A DNA stretch of 37,771 nt, from positions 1 through 37,771 of the forward strand of contig JAJYKY010000003.1 in the NCBI GenBank assembly GCA_021788195.1, written 5' to 3'. The position numbers and the translations under genes were made by a program. This document shows, piece after piece, positions 27,544-35,682 of this stretch (positions are counted from its first letter, which is position 1; each line of letters starts with the position of its first letter). Under the pieces are notes generated by a model, which worked only from the letters and a program-made list of their open reading frames with translations, ran no database searches and was not told the origin of the DNA. The stretch is from a bacterium (GTDB lineage Bacteria; Patescibacteriota; Microgenomatia; JAMCZE01).

Positions 27544-28275
27544 ATGGCGGACTTGAGTGACCGGCAAAACAAAATTCTTCAGTCTCTTATTGAGGAGTAT
27601 ATCGAGACTGCGGCGGCTGTCGGTAGCGAAGTTTTGGAGAAAAAATACAATCTTGGTGTTTCTCCGGCTACGATCCGCAACGAGATGGCCGAACTGACCC
27701 GCCTGGGTTATTTCAAACAGCCCCACACTTCCGCCGGCCGGGTCCCGACCCCGATGGCCCTAAAATATTACGTCCGCAACTTGATGAAACCCAAGGATTT
27801 GTCGGTGTCCGAAGAGGTCGCCGTCAAGGAAAAGCTCTGGAACTACCGGACAGAATTTAACAAGACTTTAAGCGAAGCGACCCGGGAGCTGGCCCGGCGG
27901 ACCAAGAGTCTGGCTGTCGCTATGGACAATCAGGACAATGTTTACTACGCGGGGACAGCGAATATTTTAGATATGCCGGAGTTTTACGATATCGACCTGA
28001 CCAAAACCGTTTTGTCCCTTTTGGACCGGATTGATTATATTAACAAGCTTTTTGCCCGGGGAGTCGGCGACGAAGATATTCATATTTTAATGGGCGACGA
28101 GCTGGGGATAGATTATCTGCAGCCCTGTGGTCTGGTTTACGCCCGGTTCGGGGAAGGCAAAAAGTTCAACGGAGCGATCGGAGTGATCGGCCCGTACCGG
28201 TTTAACTACCCGGTTTTGATTCCGACAATTCGGTACTTTGGGGGTTTGATTGATGAGTTAGTAGGTAACTGGTAG
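27544..28275 (+). CDS. hrcA: Heat-inducible transcription repressor HrcA (short form)
   Basis: VSPATIRNEMAEL, QPHTSAGRVPT and IGVIGP; ATG 27544 directly after the CIRCE. Confidence 0.95.
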   Translation: MADLSDRQNKILQSLIEEYIETAAAVGSEVLEKKYNLGVSPATIRNEMAELTRLGYFKQPHTSAGRVPTPMALKYYVRNLMKPKDLSVSEEVAVKEKLWNYRTEFNKTLSEATRELARRTKSLAVAMDNQDNVYYAGTANILDMPEFYDIDLTKTVLSLLDRIDYINKLFARGVGDEDIHILMGDELGIDYLQPCGLVYARFGEGKKFNGAIGVIGPYRFNYPVLIPTIRYFGGLIDELVGNW

Positions 28276-28279
28276 GAAA

Positions 28280-28741
28280 ATGAAAAAAAGTGACGATAAA
28301 AGAGAAGACAAAATTGAGACTGAGGTTGAGGAGCTGAAAACCGAGGTTGAAGATTTGAAAAATAAATACTTAAGATCGTTGGCCGATTACCAGAATCTGG
28401 AGCGGCAAACGCAAAACTGGCGGGAGGAATTTGTGAAGTACGCCGGTCAGAATCTGATTGTTCAGCTTTTGGATGTCATTGACGATTTGGAGAAAGCCCG
28501 GGACCATTTAAACGATCCGGGGTTAAAAATCATTCTTGACAAATTCTTAAGTGTTTTGAAAAATAGTGGATTGGAGGAGGTTGCGGTTGCCGGCTCGGAG
28601 TTTGACCCGAACCTGGCGGAAGTAATCGAGGTCGTTCCCGGAGAGGAAGACCACAAAGTTGTTGAAGTTTTAAGAAAAGGATATAAATTAAACGGGCGGG
28701 TTATACGACCGGCCAGAGTAAAAGTCAGTAAAAAAAGTTAA
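28280..28741 (+). CDS. grpE: Nucleotide exchange factor GrpE
   Basis: RSLADYQN, FDPNLAE and KGYKLNGRVIRPARVKV; located between hrcA and dnaK. Confidence 0.96.
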   Translation: MKKSDDKREDKIETEVEELKTEVEDLKNKYLRSLADYQNLERQTQNWREEFVKYAGQNLIVQLLDVIDDLEKARDHLNDPGLKIILDKFLSVLKNSGLEEVAVAGSEFDPNLAEVIEVVPGEEDHKVVEVLRKGYKLNGRVIRPARVKVSKKS

Positions 28742-28752
28742 ACTAAAAACAT

Positions 28753-30675
28753 ATGGCAAAAATTATCGGGATTGATTTAGGAACTACCAACAGCTGCGTG
28801 GCCGTTATGGAAGGCGGTTCACCGAAAGTGATTCACTCCGCCGAAGGCCGGAATGTCATTCCGTCGGTGGTCGATCCGATTACCCACGTGGTCGGCGATG
28901 TGGCTAAAAGGCAGATGGTTCTCAAACCCCAGGAAACAATCTTTTCCATCAAGCGCTTAATGGGCCGTAAGTTTAGCGAACCTTCGGTCCAGTACGACCT
29001 GAAATGGCTGCCCTATACGGTTAAAGCAGGCCGGGACAATATGGCCGTCGTGGAGGTAGCCGGCAAAACTTTTACTCCTCAGGAAATTTCCGCTATGATC
29101 CTGCAAAAGATTAAAGCCGATGCCGAAAGCTATCTGGGCAGCAAAGTCACCCAGGCTGTCATTACCGTCCCGGCGTACTTTGACGATTCCCAAAGGCAAG
29201 CGACTAAACAGGCCGGGGAAATTGCCGGGCTGGAAGTTTTACGGATTATTAACGAACCGACGGCCGCAGCTTTAGCTTACGGTCTGGACAAGAAAAACGC
29301 CCATACTATTGCCGTTTACGATTTAGGCGGCGGGACATTTGATATCTCTATTCTGGAACTGGGCGAAGGCGTTTATCAGGTCAAATCCACTAACGGCGAC
29401 ACCCATTTAGGCGGCGACGATTTTGACAAAAAGATTTTAGATTACCTTGCCGACGAGTTTAAAAAAGAACACGGCGTCGATTTGCGCAAAGACCCGCAGG
29501 CCCTGCAACGGCTTCGTGAGGCGGCGGAAAAAGCCAAGATCGAACTTTCCAGCGCGACCGAAGCGGAGATTAACCAGCCGTTTATTACCCAGGGCAAAGA
29601 AGGGCCTCTTCATTTGACGATGAAGTTGACCCGGGCCAAACTGGAACAGATTGTCGGCGACCTGATCGAGAAAACGATCGACCCGGTTAAAAAAGCTCTC
29701 TCCGATGCGAAACTGACCGTCAAAGACATTGATGAGATTGTGATGGTTGGCGGGATGACCCGGATGCCGAAAGTCGTCGAAACGGTGACCAACTTTTTCG
29801 GCAAGGAACCGAACCGGAGCGTGAACCCGGACGAAGTGGTGGCCGTCGGAGCGGCGGTCCAGGGCGGGGTTTTAGGCGGCGAGGTCCGGGATGTCCTGCT
29901 TTTAGATGTCACTCCTCTGACCTTGGGAATCGAAACTTTGGGCAGCGTTTCTACTCCCCTTATTTCCCGCAACGCGACTATCCCGACAAGTAAGTCACAG
30001 GTTTTTTCAACGGCGGCGGATAACCAGACGCAGGTAGAAATTAACGTTCTGCAGGGTGAACGGCCGATGGCGGCTGACAATAAATCCCTGGGCCGGTTTA
30101 TCCTCGACGGAATTCCCCCGGCGCCGCGCGGCATGCCTCAAGTGGAAGTGACTTTTGATATCGACGCAAACGGGATTTTAAATGTCAAAGCCAAAGACAA
30201 GGCGACCGGCCGGGAACAAAGCATTAAGATTACCGGTTCGACGGGGCTCTCCAAGGACGAAGTAGAGAAGATGACCCGGGAGGCGGAAGCTCATGCTGCC
30301 GAAGATTCGGCTAAAAAAGAACTGGTGGATGCCAAAAACGTCGCGGATTCCCTGATTTTTACGGCGGAAAAATCCTTAAAGGATGCCGGCGACAAGGTAC
30401 CGGCTGACGTCAAAAAGAGCGTGGAAGACAAGATCGCGGCTCTGCGGGAAACGGCTAAAGGGGATGACAAAGCGAATATTGAAGCCAAGACTAAAGAACT
30501 TTCCGACGAACTTTCGAAAATTGGCCAGGCGATGTACGGCGGCAGCCAGGGGCAACCCGGGGGAGCTCCGGGTGGAGCGCCGGGTGGTGAAGGTCAACCG
30601 GGGGGACAGCCGGGCCAGGCTCCCGGCGGCGAGGATCACGGAGAGGAACCGGTGGAAGGCGAAGTGGTGTCGTAA
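28753..30675 (+). CDS. dnaK: Chaperone DnaK
   Basis: [25 protein letters not shown] and NPDEVVA. Confidence 0.99.
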   Translation: MAKIIGIDLGTTNSCVAVMEGGSPKVIHSAEGRNVIPSVVDPITHVVGDVAKRQMVLKPQETIFSIKRLMGRKFSEPSVQYDLKWLPYTVKAGRDNMAVVEVAGKTFTPQEISAMILQKIKADAESYLGSKVTQAVITVPAYFDDSQRQATKQAGEIAGLEVLRIINEPTAAALAYGLDKKNAHTIAVYDLGGGTFDISILELGEGVYQVKSTNGDTHLGGDDFDKKILDYLADEFKKEHGVDLRKDPQALQRLREAAEKAKIELSSATEAEINQPFITQGKEGPLHLTMKLTRAKLEQIVGDLIEKTIDPVKKALSDAKLTVKDIDEIVMVGGMTRMPKVVETVTNFFGKEPNRSVNPDEVVAVGAAVQGGVLGGEVRDVLLLDVTPLTLGIETLGSVSTPLISRNATIPTSKSQVFSTAADNQTQVEINVLQGERPMAADNKSLGRFILDGIPPAPRGMPQVEVTFDIDANGILNVKAKDKATGREQSIKITGSTGLSKDEVEKMTREAEAHAAEDSAKKELVDAKNVADSLIFTAEKSLKDAGDKVPADVKKSVEDKIAALRETAKGDDKANIEAKTKELSDELSKIGQAMYGGSQGQPGGAPGGAPGGEGQPGGQPGQAPGGEDHGEEPVEGEVVS

Positions 30676-30688
30676 GTTTTTAATTTTA

Positions 30689-30742
30689 ACCCCGATAAAA
30701 CGGGGTCAATTCTCAATTGGCGGAAAGGATTCCGCCATTTTT
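30689..30742 (+). terminator. Tandem hairpins/intrinsic terminator after dnaK
   Basis: ACCCCG-ATAAAA-CGGGGT, then TGGCGGAA-AGGA-TTCCGCCA followed by TTTTT. Confidence 0.7.
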
Positions 30743-30783
30743 AGTAATTTAAGGGGTACTATATAATATAATAAGAGCTTCAT

Positions 30784-31698
30784 ATGGCGGCAAACAAAGA
30801 TTATTACGAAATTTTGGGGGTCGGGAAAAAAGCGACGGATGCGGAAATTAAGGCGGCGTACCGAAAAAAAGCTTTGGAGTGGCATCCGGACCGGAACAAA
30901 AGCCCCCAGGCGGCGGAAAAATTCAAGGAAGTCAATCAGGCCTACGAGGTTTTGTCCAATGGTGAAAAACGGGCGGCTTACGACCAGTTTGGCAGCGCCG
31001 CTTTTGAGCAGGGCGGTCCGGGCGGTTTCGGCGGCGGGCAGCAGGGACCGTTTGGCGGTGGGAGCTACCAGCAGGGACCGTTTAGCTACACTTACCGGAC
31101 TTATGGTGCCGGCGGGGAAAACCCGTTTGAGGGCTTCGGCGGTTTTTCCGATCCCTTCGAGATATTTGAGCAGTTTTTTGGCGGCGGTTTTACTGGTGGC
31201 CGACAGGGGCGGGCCCGGCGCAAGACTTATGCCATCAGCATAAGTTTTATGGAAGCGGTTCGGGGAATGGAGAAAACGGTTGATGTCGAAGGCAAGCAGA
31301 TGAAAATCAAAATTCCCGCCGGAGTGGACGAAGGGATGCGGGTCCGGTTCGGGGATTTTGACGTGATCGTTTCGGTCACGCCGGATAAAACTTTCCAGCG
31401 CGAGGGGGCCAATCTTATCGTTGACCAGGAAGTGGATTTTGTGACGGCCACTTTAGGTGGGACCATGGAAGTCCCCACCCTGGAAGGAACCGTCCCATTG
31501 AAAGTTCCGGCCGGGACCCAGCCGGGAACGGTCGTTCGCCTTCGCGGCCGGGGAGTAAAAATCCCCCAGTCCAACCAGTCCGGCGACGAATACATCCGGG
31601 TAAAAATTAAAATTCCCAGCCGGCTGACCTCGGAGCAAAAACAACTTCTGGAAGAGTTCCGCCGCTCCCAGACGGGCAAAAAATCCGGCTGGTTTTAA
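30784..31698 (+). CDS. dnaJ: DnaJ-family co-chaperone lacking the zinc finger (class II)
   Basis: J domain with HPD, G/F-rich region and C-terminal domain; no CxxCxGxG repeats. Confidence 0.9.
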   Translation: MAANKDYYEILGVGKKATDAEIKAAYRKKALEWHPDRNKSPQAAEKFKEVNQAYEVLSNGEKRAAYDQFGSAAFEQGGPGGFGGGQQGPFGGGSYQQGPFSYTYRTYGAGGENPFEGFGGFSDPFEIFEQFFGGGFTGGRQGRARRKTYAISISFMEAVRGMEKTVDVEGKQMKIKIPAGVDEGMRVRFGDFDVIVSVTPDKTFQREGANLIVDQEVDFVTATLGGTMEVPTLEGTVPLKVPAGTQPGTVVRLRGRGVKIPQSNQSGDEYIRVKIKIPSRLTSEQKQLLEEFRRSQTGKKSGWF

Positions 31699-31763
31699 GC
31701 TGCTTTTTGCCTTCACGAAAATTTATCCTTTTTGAATTATTACCCGTAAATTCCGGCTCGTCC

Positions 31764-31835
31764 TTGACCCGCCGGAGTTCTTAGTGTTACAATTAATGAG
31801 GATAAAGTTTGGGTGGGATAAATCCCGCCTTTTTT
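31764..31835 (+). promoter_or_regulatory. nusA promoter and leader terminator-like hairpin
   Basis: TTGACC-18-TACAAT with extended TG, then GGTGGGA-TAAA-TCCCGCC-TTTTTT just before the ATG. Confidence 0.65.
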
Positions 31836-31845
31836 ATTAACGATT

Positions 31846-32949
31846 ATGCCGGCAGTTGTCCGTAGTGAATTTGCTTTAGCTTTAAACCAGGTTTGCTCTG
31901 AACGGGGCCTGGACCCGGAAGTGGTTTTGGAGACCATCCGTCAGGCGATTCTTATGGCTTACCGCAAGGACCGGTTACTCACTATCGGGGAATCGGTCGA
32001 GGTGACTAATTTCCTGGCCGAACTGGACCCGGCGACGGGCGAAGCCCAGATTTTTGAAAGACTTGAAGACGGCAGCAAAGGTAAGGATGTTACTCCTCCG
32101 GGTTTTGGCCGGATTGCTGCCCAGACAGCCAAACAGGTGATTATTCAGCGGATCCGTGAAGCCGAAAAGAAAGCCATTATCTCCGATTTTACGACCCGGG
32201 TCGGGACCATTACCAACGGGATGATTCTCCGGTTTGACGGCCCGAATATTATTGTCGACATTAACAAAGCCGAAGCGGTGATGCCGCCGGCCGAGCAGGT
32301 GGCCAATGAGCGTTATTACGCCAACCAACGGCTGACCTTTTACATTGAAGGTATTCGGGAAAGCGCCAAAGGCAGCGAGGTAGTGGTCTCCCGTTCCAAT
32401 GTCGGGCTGGTTACCGGGCTGTTTAGACGGGAAGTCCCGGAAATTCAAAATAACGCCGTGGAAATTAAGCTGATTGCCCGGGAAGCCGGCGGCCGGACAA
32501 AATTAGCTGTGGCCTCGACCCAATCCGGGGTCGATCCGGTCGGAGCCTGCGTCGGCCAAAAGGGTGTCCGGGTCCAGGCAGTGATTAACGAACTGGGCGG
32601 CTCGGAAAAAGTGGATATTATCCAATACAGCGATGATGCGACCCTTCTTATTTCCCAGGCTTTGGCGCCAGCTAAAGATATTACCGTGACCTTAAACGAA
32701 GAAACCAGGGAAGCGGTGGCGGTTGTTCCTGACGACCAACTAAGCCTGGCAATCGGCCGGGACGGACAAAATGTCCGGTTAGCGGTCAAGTTAACCGGGT
32801 GGAAAATTGATATCCGGGGGAAAACTCAGGCGGTTGAAACTCCGGCCCCGGAAGTTACGCAACCGACTTCGGAAAAAACAGAAGAAACCAAAGAAGAAAA
32901 ACCTAAACGTAAGAGCGCGAAAAAGGCGACGAAAAATGAAACCGAGTAG
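31846..32949 (+). CDS. nusA: Transcription termination factor NusA
   Basis: FGRIAAQTAKQ, AREAGGRTKLAV, DPVGACVG and LSLAIGRDGQNVRLA. Confidence 0.98.
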   Translation: MPAVVRSEFALALNQVCSERGLDPEVVLETIRQAILMAYRKDRLLTIGESVEVTNFLAELDPATGEAQIFERLEDGSKGKDVTPPGFGRIAAQTAKQVIIQRIREAEKKAIISDFTTRVGTITNGMILRFDGPNIIVDINKAEAVMPPAEQVANERYYANQRLTFYIEGIRESAKGSEVVVSRSNVGLVTGLFRREVPEIQNNAVEIKLIAREAGGRTKLAVASTQSGVDPVGACVGQKGVRVQAVINELGGSEKVDIIQYSDDATLLISQALAPAKDITVTLNEETREAVAVVPDDQLSLAIGRDGQNVRLAVKLTGWKIDIRGKTQAVETPAPEVTQPTSEKTEETKEEKPKRKSAKKATKNETE

Positions 32950-32964
32950 CGCTTTCCGATCTTT

Positions 32965-34413
32965 ATGGAAATACAAAAAACAGCGATCCAGCCTGAAAGT
33001 AATATCGCGGCCGAAAGGCCGCCGGTCGTTGTAGTTTTAGGCCACGTTGACCACGGAAAAACCACCCTTCTGGATGCGATTCGCCAAACCGATGTAGCTT
33101 CCCGAGAATACGGCGGGATTACCCAAAGTATCGGGGCCTACCAGATTTCTCTTCCGGATAAAAAAAAGATTACGTTTATTGATACTCCCGGCCACGAAGC
33201 TTTCACGAAAATGCGCAGCCGGGGAGCCGGGGTAGCCGATATTGCCGTTCTGGTGGTGGCTGCCAACGATTCGGTCATGCCGCAGACGGCCGAGTCGATA
33301 AAAATTATTCAGGCAGCTAAAATTCCTTATGTTGTCGCCATAAATAAAATTGACCTTCCGGAGGCCAATATCGATAAGGTGATTCAGGATTTGCTGCGGT
33401 ACAACGTGCTTCTCGAAAATTACGGCGGCGATGTTCCTTTCCTGAAAATCTCCGCCAGGAAAAAAGACGGCCTCAAAGAACTTCTGGATTTAATCGAATT
33501 ATTAGCGGAAGTAAGCGGAGTGACGGGAGAAGAAGCAGATCCGTTGGATGCGACGGTTATTGAAGCGAAACTGGACAAAAACCGCGGTCCGGTAGCTACG
33601 GTAGTAGTCCGCAACGGCAGCCTTTCCACCGGTCAGGAAATCTATATTGACGGGACCAAAAGCAAAATCCGGGCCCTTATTGATTTTCAGGGCAAGCCGA
33701 TGGCAAAAGCCGGCCCGGGTACCCCGGCGGAAATTTTAGGTTTGAAGGAAGTCCCGGCGGTCGGATCGACCGTCAGCCGGACCGCTACTCCGGTAAAAAC
33801 TCCTAAGACTGCCAGCCAAACTTTAGCTTCGGGAGGAGAGCTGAAACTGATTCTTAAGGGCGACAACGCCGGTTCTTTGGAAGCCATAACGGCGGTTCTT
33901 CCGGACAATGTCCATCTCATCGATCTCGGATCCGGGGAGATTACCGAAGCCGATATTTTATTGGCGAAATCTACCGGAGCCATAGTTCTGGGTTTTAATA
34001 TTAAGGCCGGTCCCAGCGCCCTGAAGCTGGCGGAGACGGAGAGAGTTTTGGTCCGGACTTACAAAATTATTTATGAGCTTCTGGATGAAGTCCGTGATGC
34101 GGCCAGGGGAGTTTTGGAGCCGGAGCCGGAAGAGATCTTAGGCCGGGCCCAGATTTTAGCCAGTTTTCCGTACGAAAAAATGCTGGTTGCCGGCAGCCGC
34201 ATTTTGGAAGGGCGACTGGCCCGGGGCGACACGGTCAAGATTTTGCGCCACGGAGCCGGAGGTGAAGAAACGGTCGGGCAAAGCCGGATTAAATCCCTGC
34301 GCGTCGGCAAAGATGATATCAATAAAGTGGAGGCCGGAAAGGAATGCGGGGTCCTTTTGGAGCCGCAAATTGACTTCCGGCCGGGTGATGTGATAGCATC
34401 CCATAAAATTTAA
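32965..34413 (+). CDS. infB: Translation initiation factor IF-2 (N-terminally reduced, 482 aa)
   Basis: [32 protein letters not shown] and GKECG. Confidence 0.96.
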   Translation: MEIQKTAIQPESNIAAERPPVVVVLGHVDHGKTTLLDAIRQTDVASREYGGITQSIGAYQISLPDKKKITFIDTPGHEAFTKMRSRGAGVADIAVLVVAANDSVMPQTAESIKIIQAAKIPYVVAINKIDLPEANIDKVIQDLLRYNVLLENYGGDVPFLKISARKKDGLKELLDLIELLAEVSGVTGEEADPLDATVIEAKLDKNRGPVATVVVRNGSLSTGQEIYIDGTKSKIRALIDFQGKPMAKAGPGTPAEILGLKEVPAVGSTVSRTATPVKTPKTASQTLASGGELKLILKGDNAGSLEAITAVLPDNVHLIDLGSGEITEADILLAKSTGAIVLGFNIKAGPSALKLAETERVLVRTYKIIYELLDEVRDAARGVLEPEPEEILGRAQILASFPYEKMLVAGSRILEGRLARGDTVKILRHGAGGEETVGQSRIKSLRVGKDDINKVEAGKECGVLLEPQIDFRPGDVIASHKI

Positions 34414-34416
34414 GCT

Positions 34417-35301
34417 ATGACCGCTCAGGATCTGCAACAAATTCAAAGTATAGTCACCGGGGCTAAAAGGGTTCTGGTGATTACTCACAAAAATCCTTCC
34501 TTTGACACTATGGCTTCGGCCCTTTCTTTATATTTGGCCTCGATTAGATCGGGGAAGGATGCCGTTGTCGCCATGGAATCCGAACCACTGGTCGAAATTG
34601 CTGACCTGGTCGGAATCAATAAAGTCCAGACACAACTGGGCGGCAGTAATATAGTCGTGACCTTAAGTAACTACAATACCGGCGAGGTGGAACGAGTTTC
34701 GGCAACCGAAGATCTGGAAGGCGGAAAATTTAACGTGACGCTGGTCCCGAAAAGCGGGGTAGTTTTGGACGCGAAAAACGTCTCCCTGTCTTCTTCCGGC
34801 GGCAGTTTTGATTTAATTTACACCGTTGAAGTGACGGCGCCGGAGAATTTAGGGAAGCTTTACGACCCGAATCTTTTTAGCGGGACCCAGGTTATTAATA
34901 TTGACAACCACGACGAAAACAAAGATTACGGCCGGTATAATTTAGTTGAGCCGGACGCGGCGTCCGTTTCAGAAATTACCACCTTTTTCCTGCGGGCAAT
35001 CGGGATTCAGATGGACGAAGACATTGCCGGCAATTTGTCCCGGGGTCTGCGGGCGGCCACCAATAATTTTACCTCCGAAAAAATCAATCCGGCGACTTTC
35101 GAAGCGGCCGCTATCTGCCTGCGGGTCAAACAGAAACCACAGCCGCAAGTCCCGAAACCAAAAACCGACCAGCAACCGGAACAGTCAGAACAACCGCAAC
35201 AGAGTATGCCCCAAAACAACCAGACCCAGAGTCCGGTCAAGGATGAGGTCCCGGCCGACTGGATCGGGCCGAAAATCTACCGCGGCGGGGGAAACGTTTA
35301 G
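34417..35301 (+). CDS. Degenerate DHH-family phosphoesterase-like protein (NrnA-like N domain)
   Basis: THKNPSFD and INIDNH motifs; no DHHA1 domain; Gln/Pro-rich tail. Confidence 0.75.
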   Translation: MTAQDLQQIQSIVTGAKRVLVITHKNPSFDTMASALSLYLASIRSGKDAVVAMESEPLVEIADLVGINKVQTQLGGSNIVVTLSNYNTGEVERVSATEDLEGGKFNVTLVPKSGVVLDAKNVSLSSSGGSFDLIYTVEVTAPENLGKLYDPNLFSGTQVINIDNHDENKDYGRYNLVEPDAASVSEITTFFLRAIGIQMDEDIAGNLSRGLRAATNNFTSEKINPATFEAAAICLRVKQKPQPQVPKPKTDQQPEQSEQPQQSMPQNNQTQSPVKDEVPADWIGPKIYRGGGNV

Positions 35302-35348
35302 CCTCTTTCAAAAAATAAGGAATCGAAGTATAATAACAACCGTTATTT

Positions 35349-35618
35349 ATGGCATTGCAATCTGACGCAAAGAAAAAGGTCATCGAACAGTTTTCCCAGG
35401 GCAAAGGGGATACCGGCAGCCCTGAGGTTCAGGTAGCCTTACTTTCCGAACGGATCAAGAACCTGACTGACCATTTGAAAAAGCACCCGCACGACGTCCA
35501 TTCCCGCCGGGGACTTTTGACTATTGTGTCCAAGCGTCGAAGACTGTTAAACTACCTGCAGAAAAAAGCCGGAGAGAGATACCAGAAATTAGTGGCCGAT
35601 TTAGGATTGGCCAAATAA
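35349..35618 (+). CDS. rpsO: 30S ribosomal protein S15
   Basis: [19 protein letters not shown] and RRRLLNYL. Confidence 0.98.
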   Translation: MALQSDAKKKVIEQFSQGKGDTGSPEVQVALLSERIKNLTDHLKKHPHDVHSRRGLLTIVSKRRRLLNYLQKKAGERYQKLVADLGLAK

Positions 35619-35682
35619 ACCTCGAAGGATTGTGGGAGAAAGAAAAATTTTTCCTCGTTGGCGATCCTCGATAGAAATTTAA

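Noticed and set aside
30538-31083. GC-rich short repeats in the dnaK tail and dnaJ (CAGCAGGGACCGTTT twice)
   Set aside because: They encode ordinary Gly/Gln/Pro-rich and G/F-rich disordered regions.
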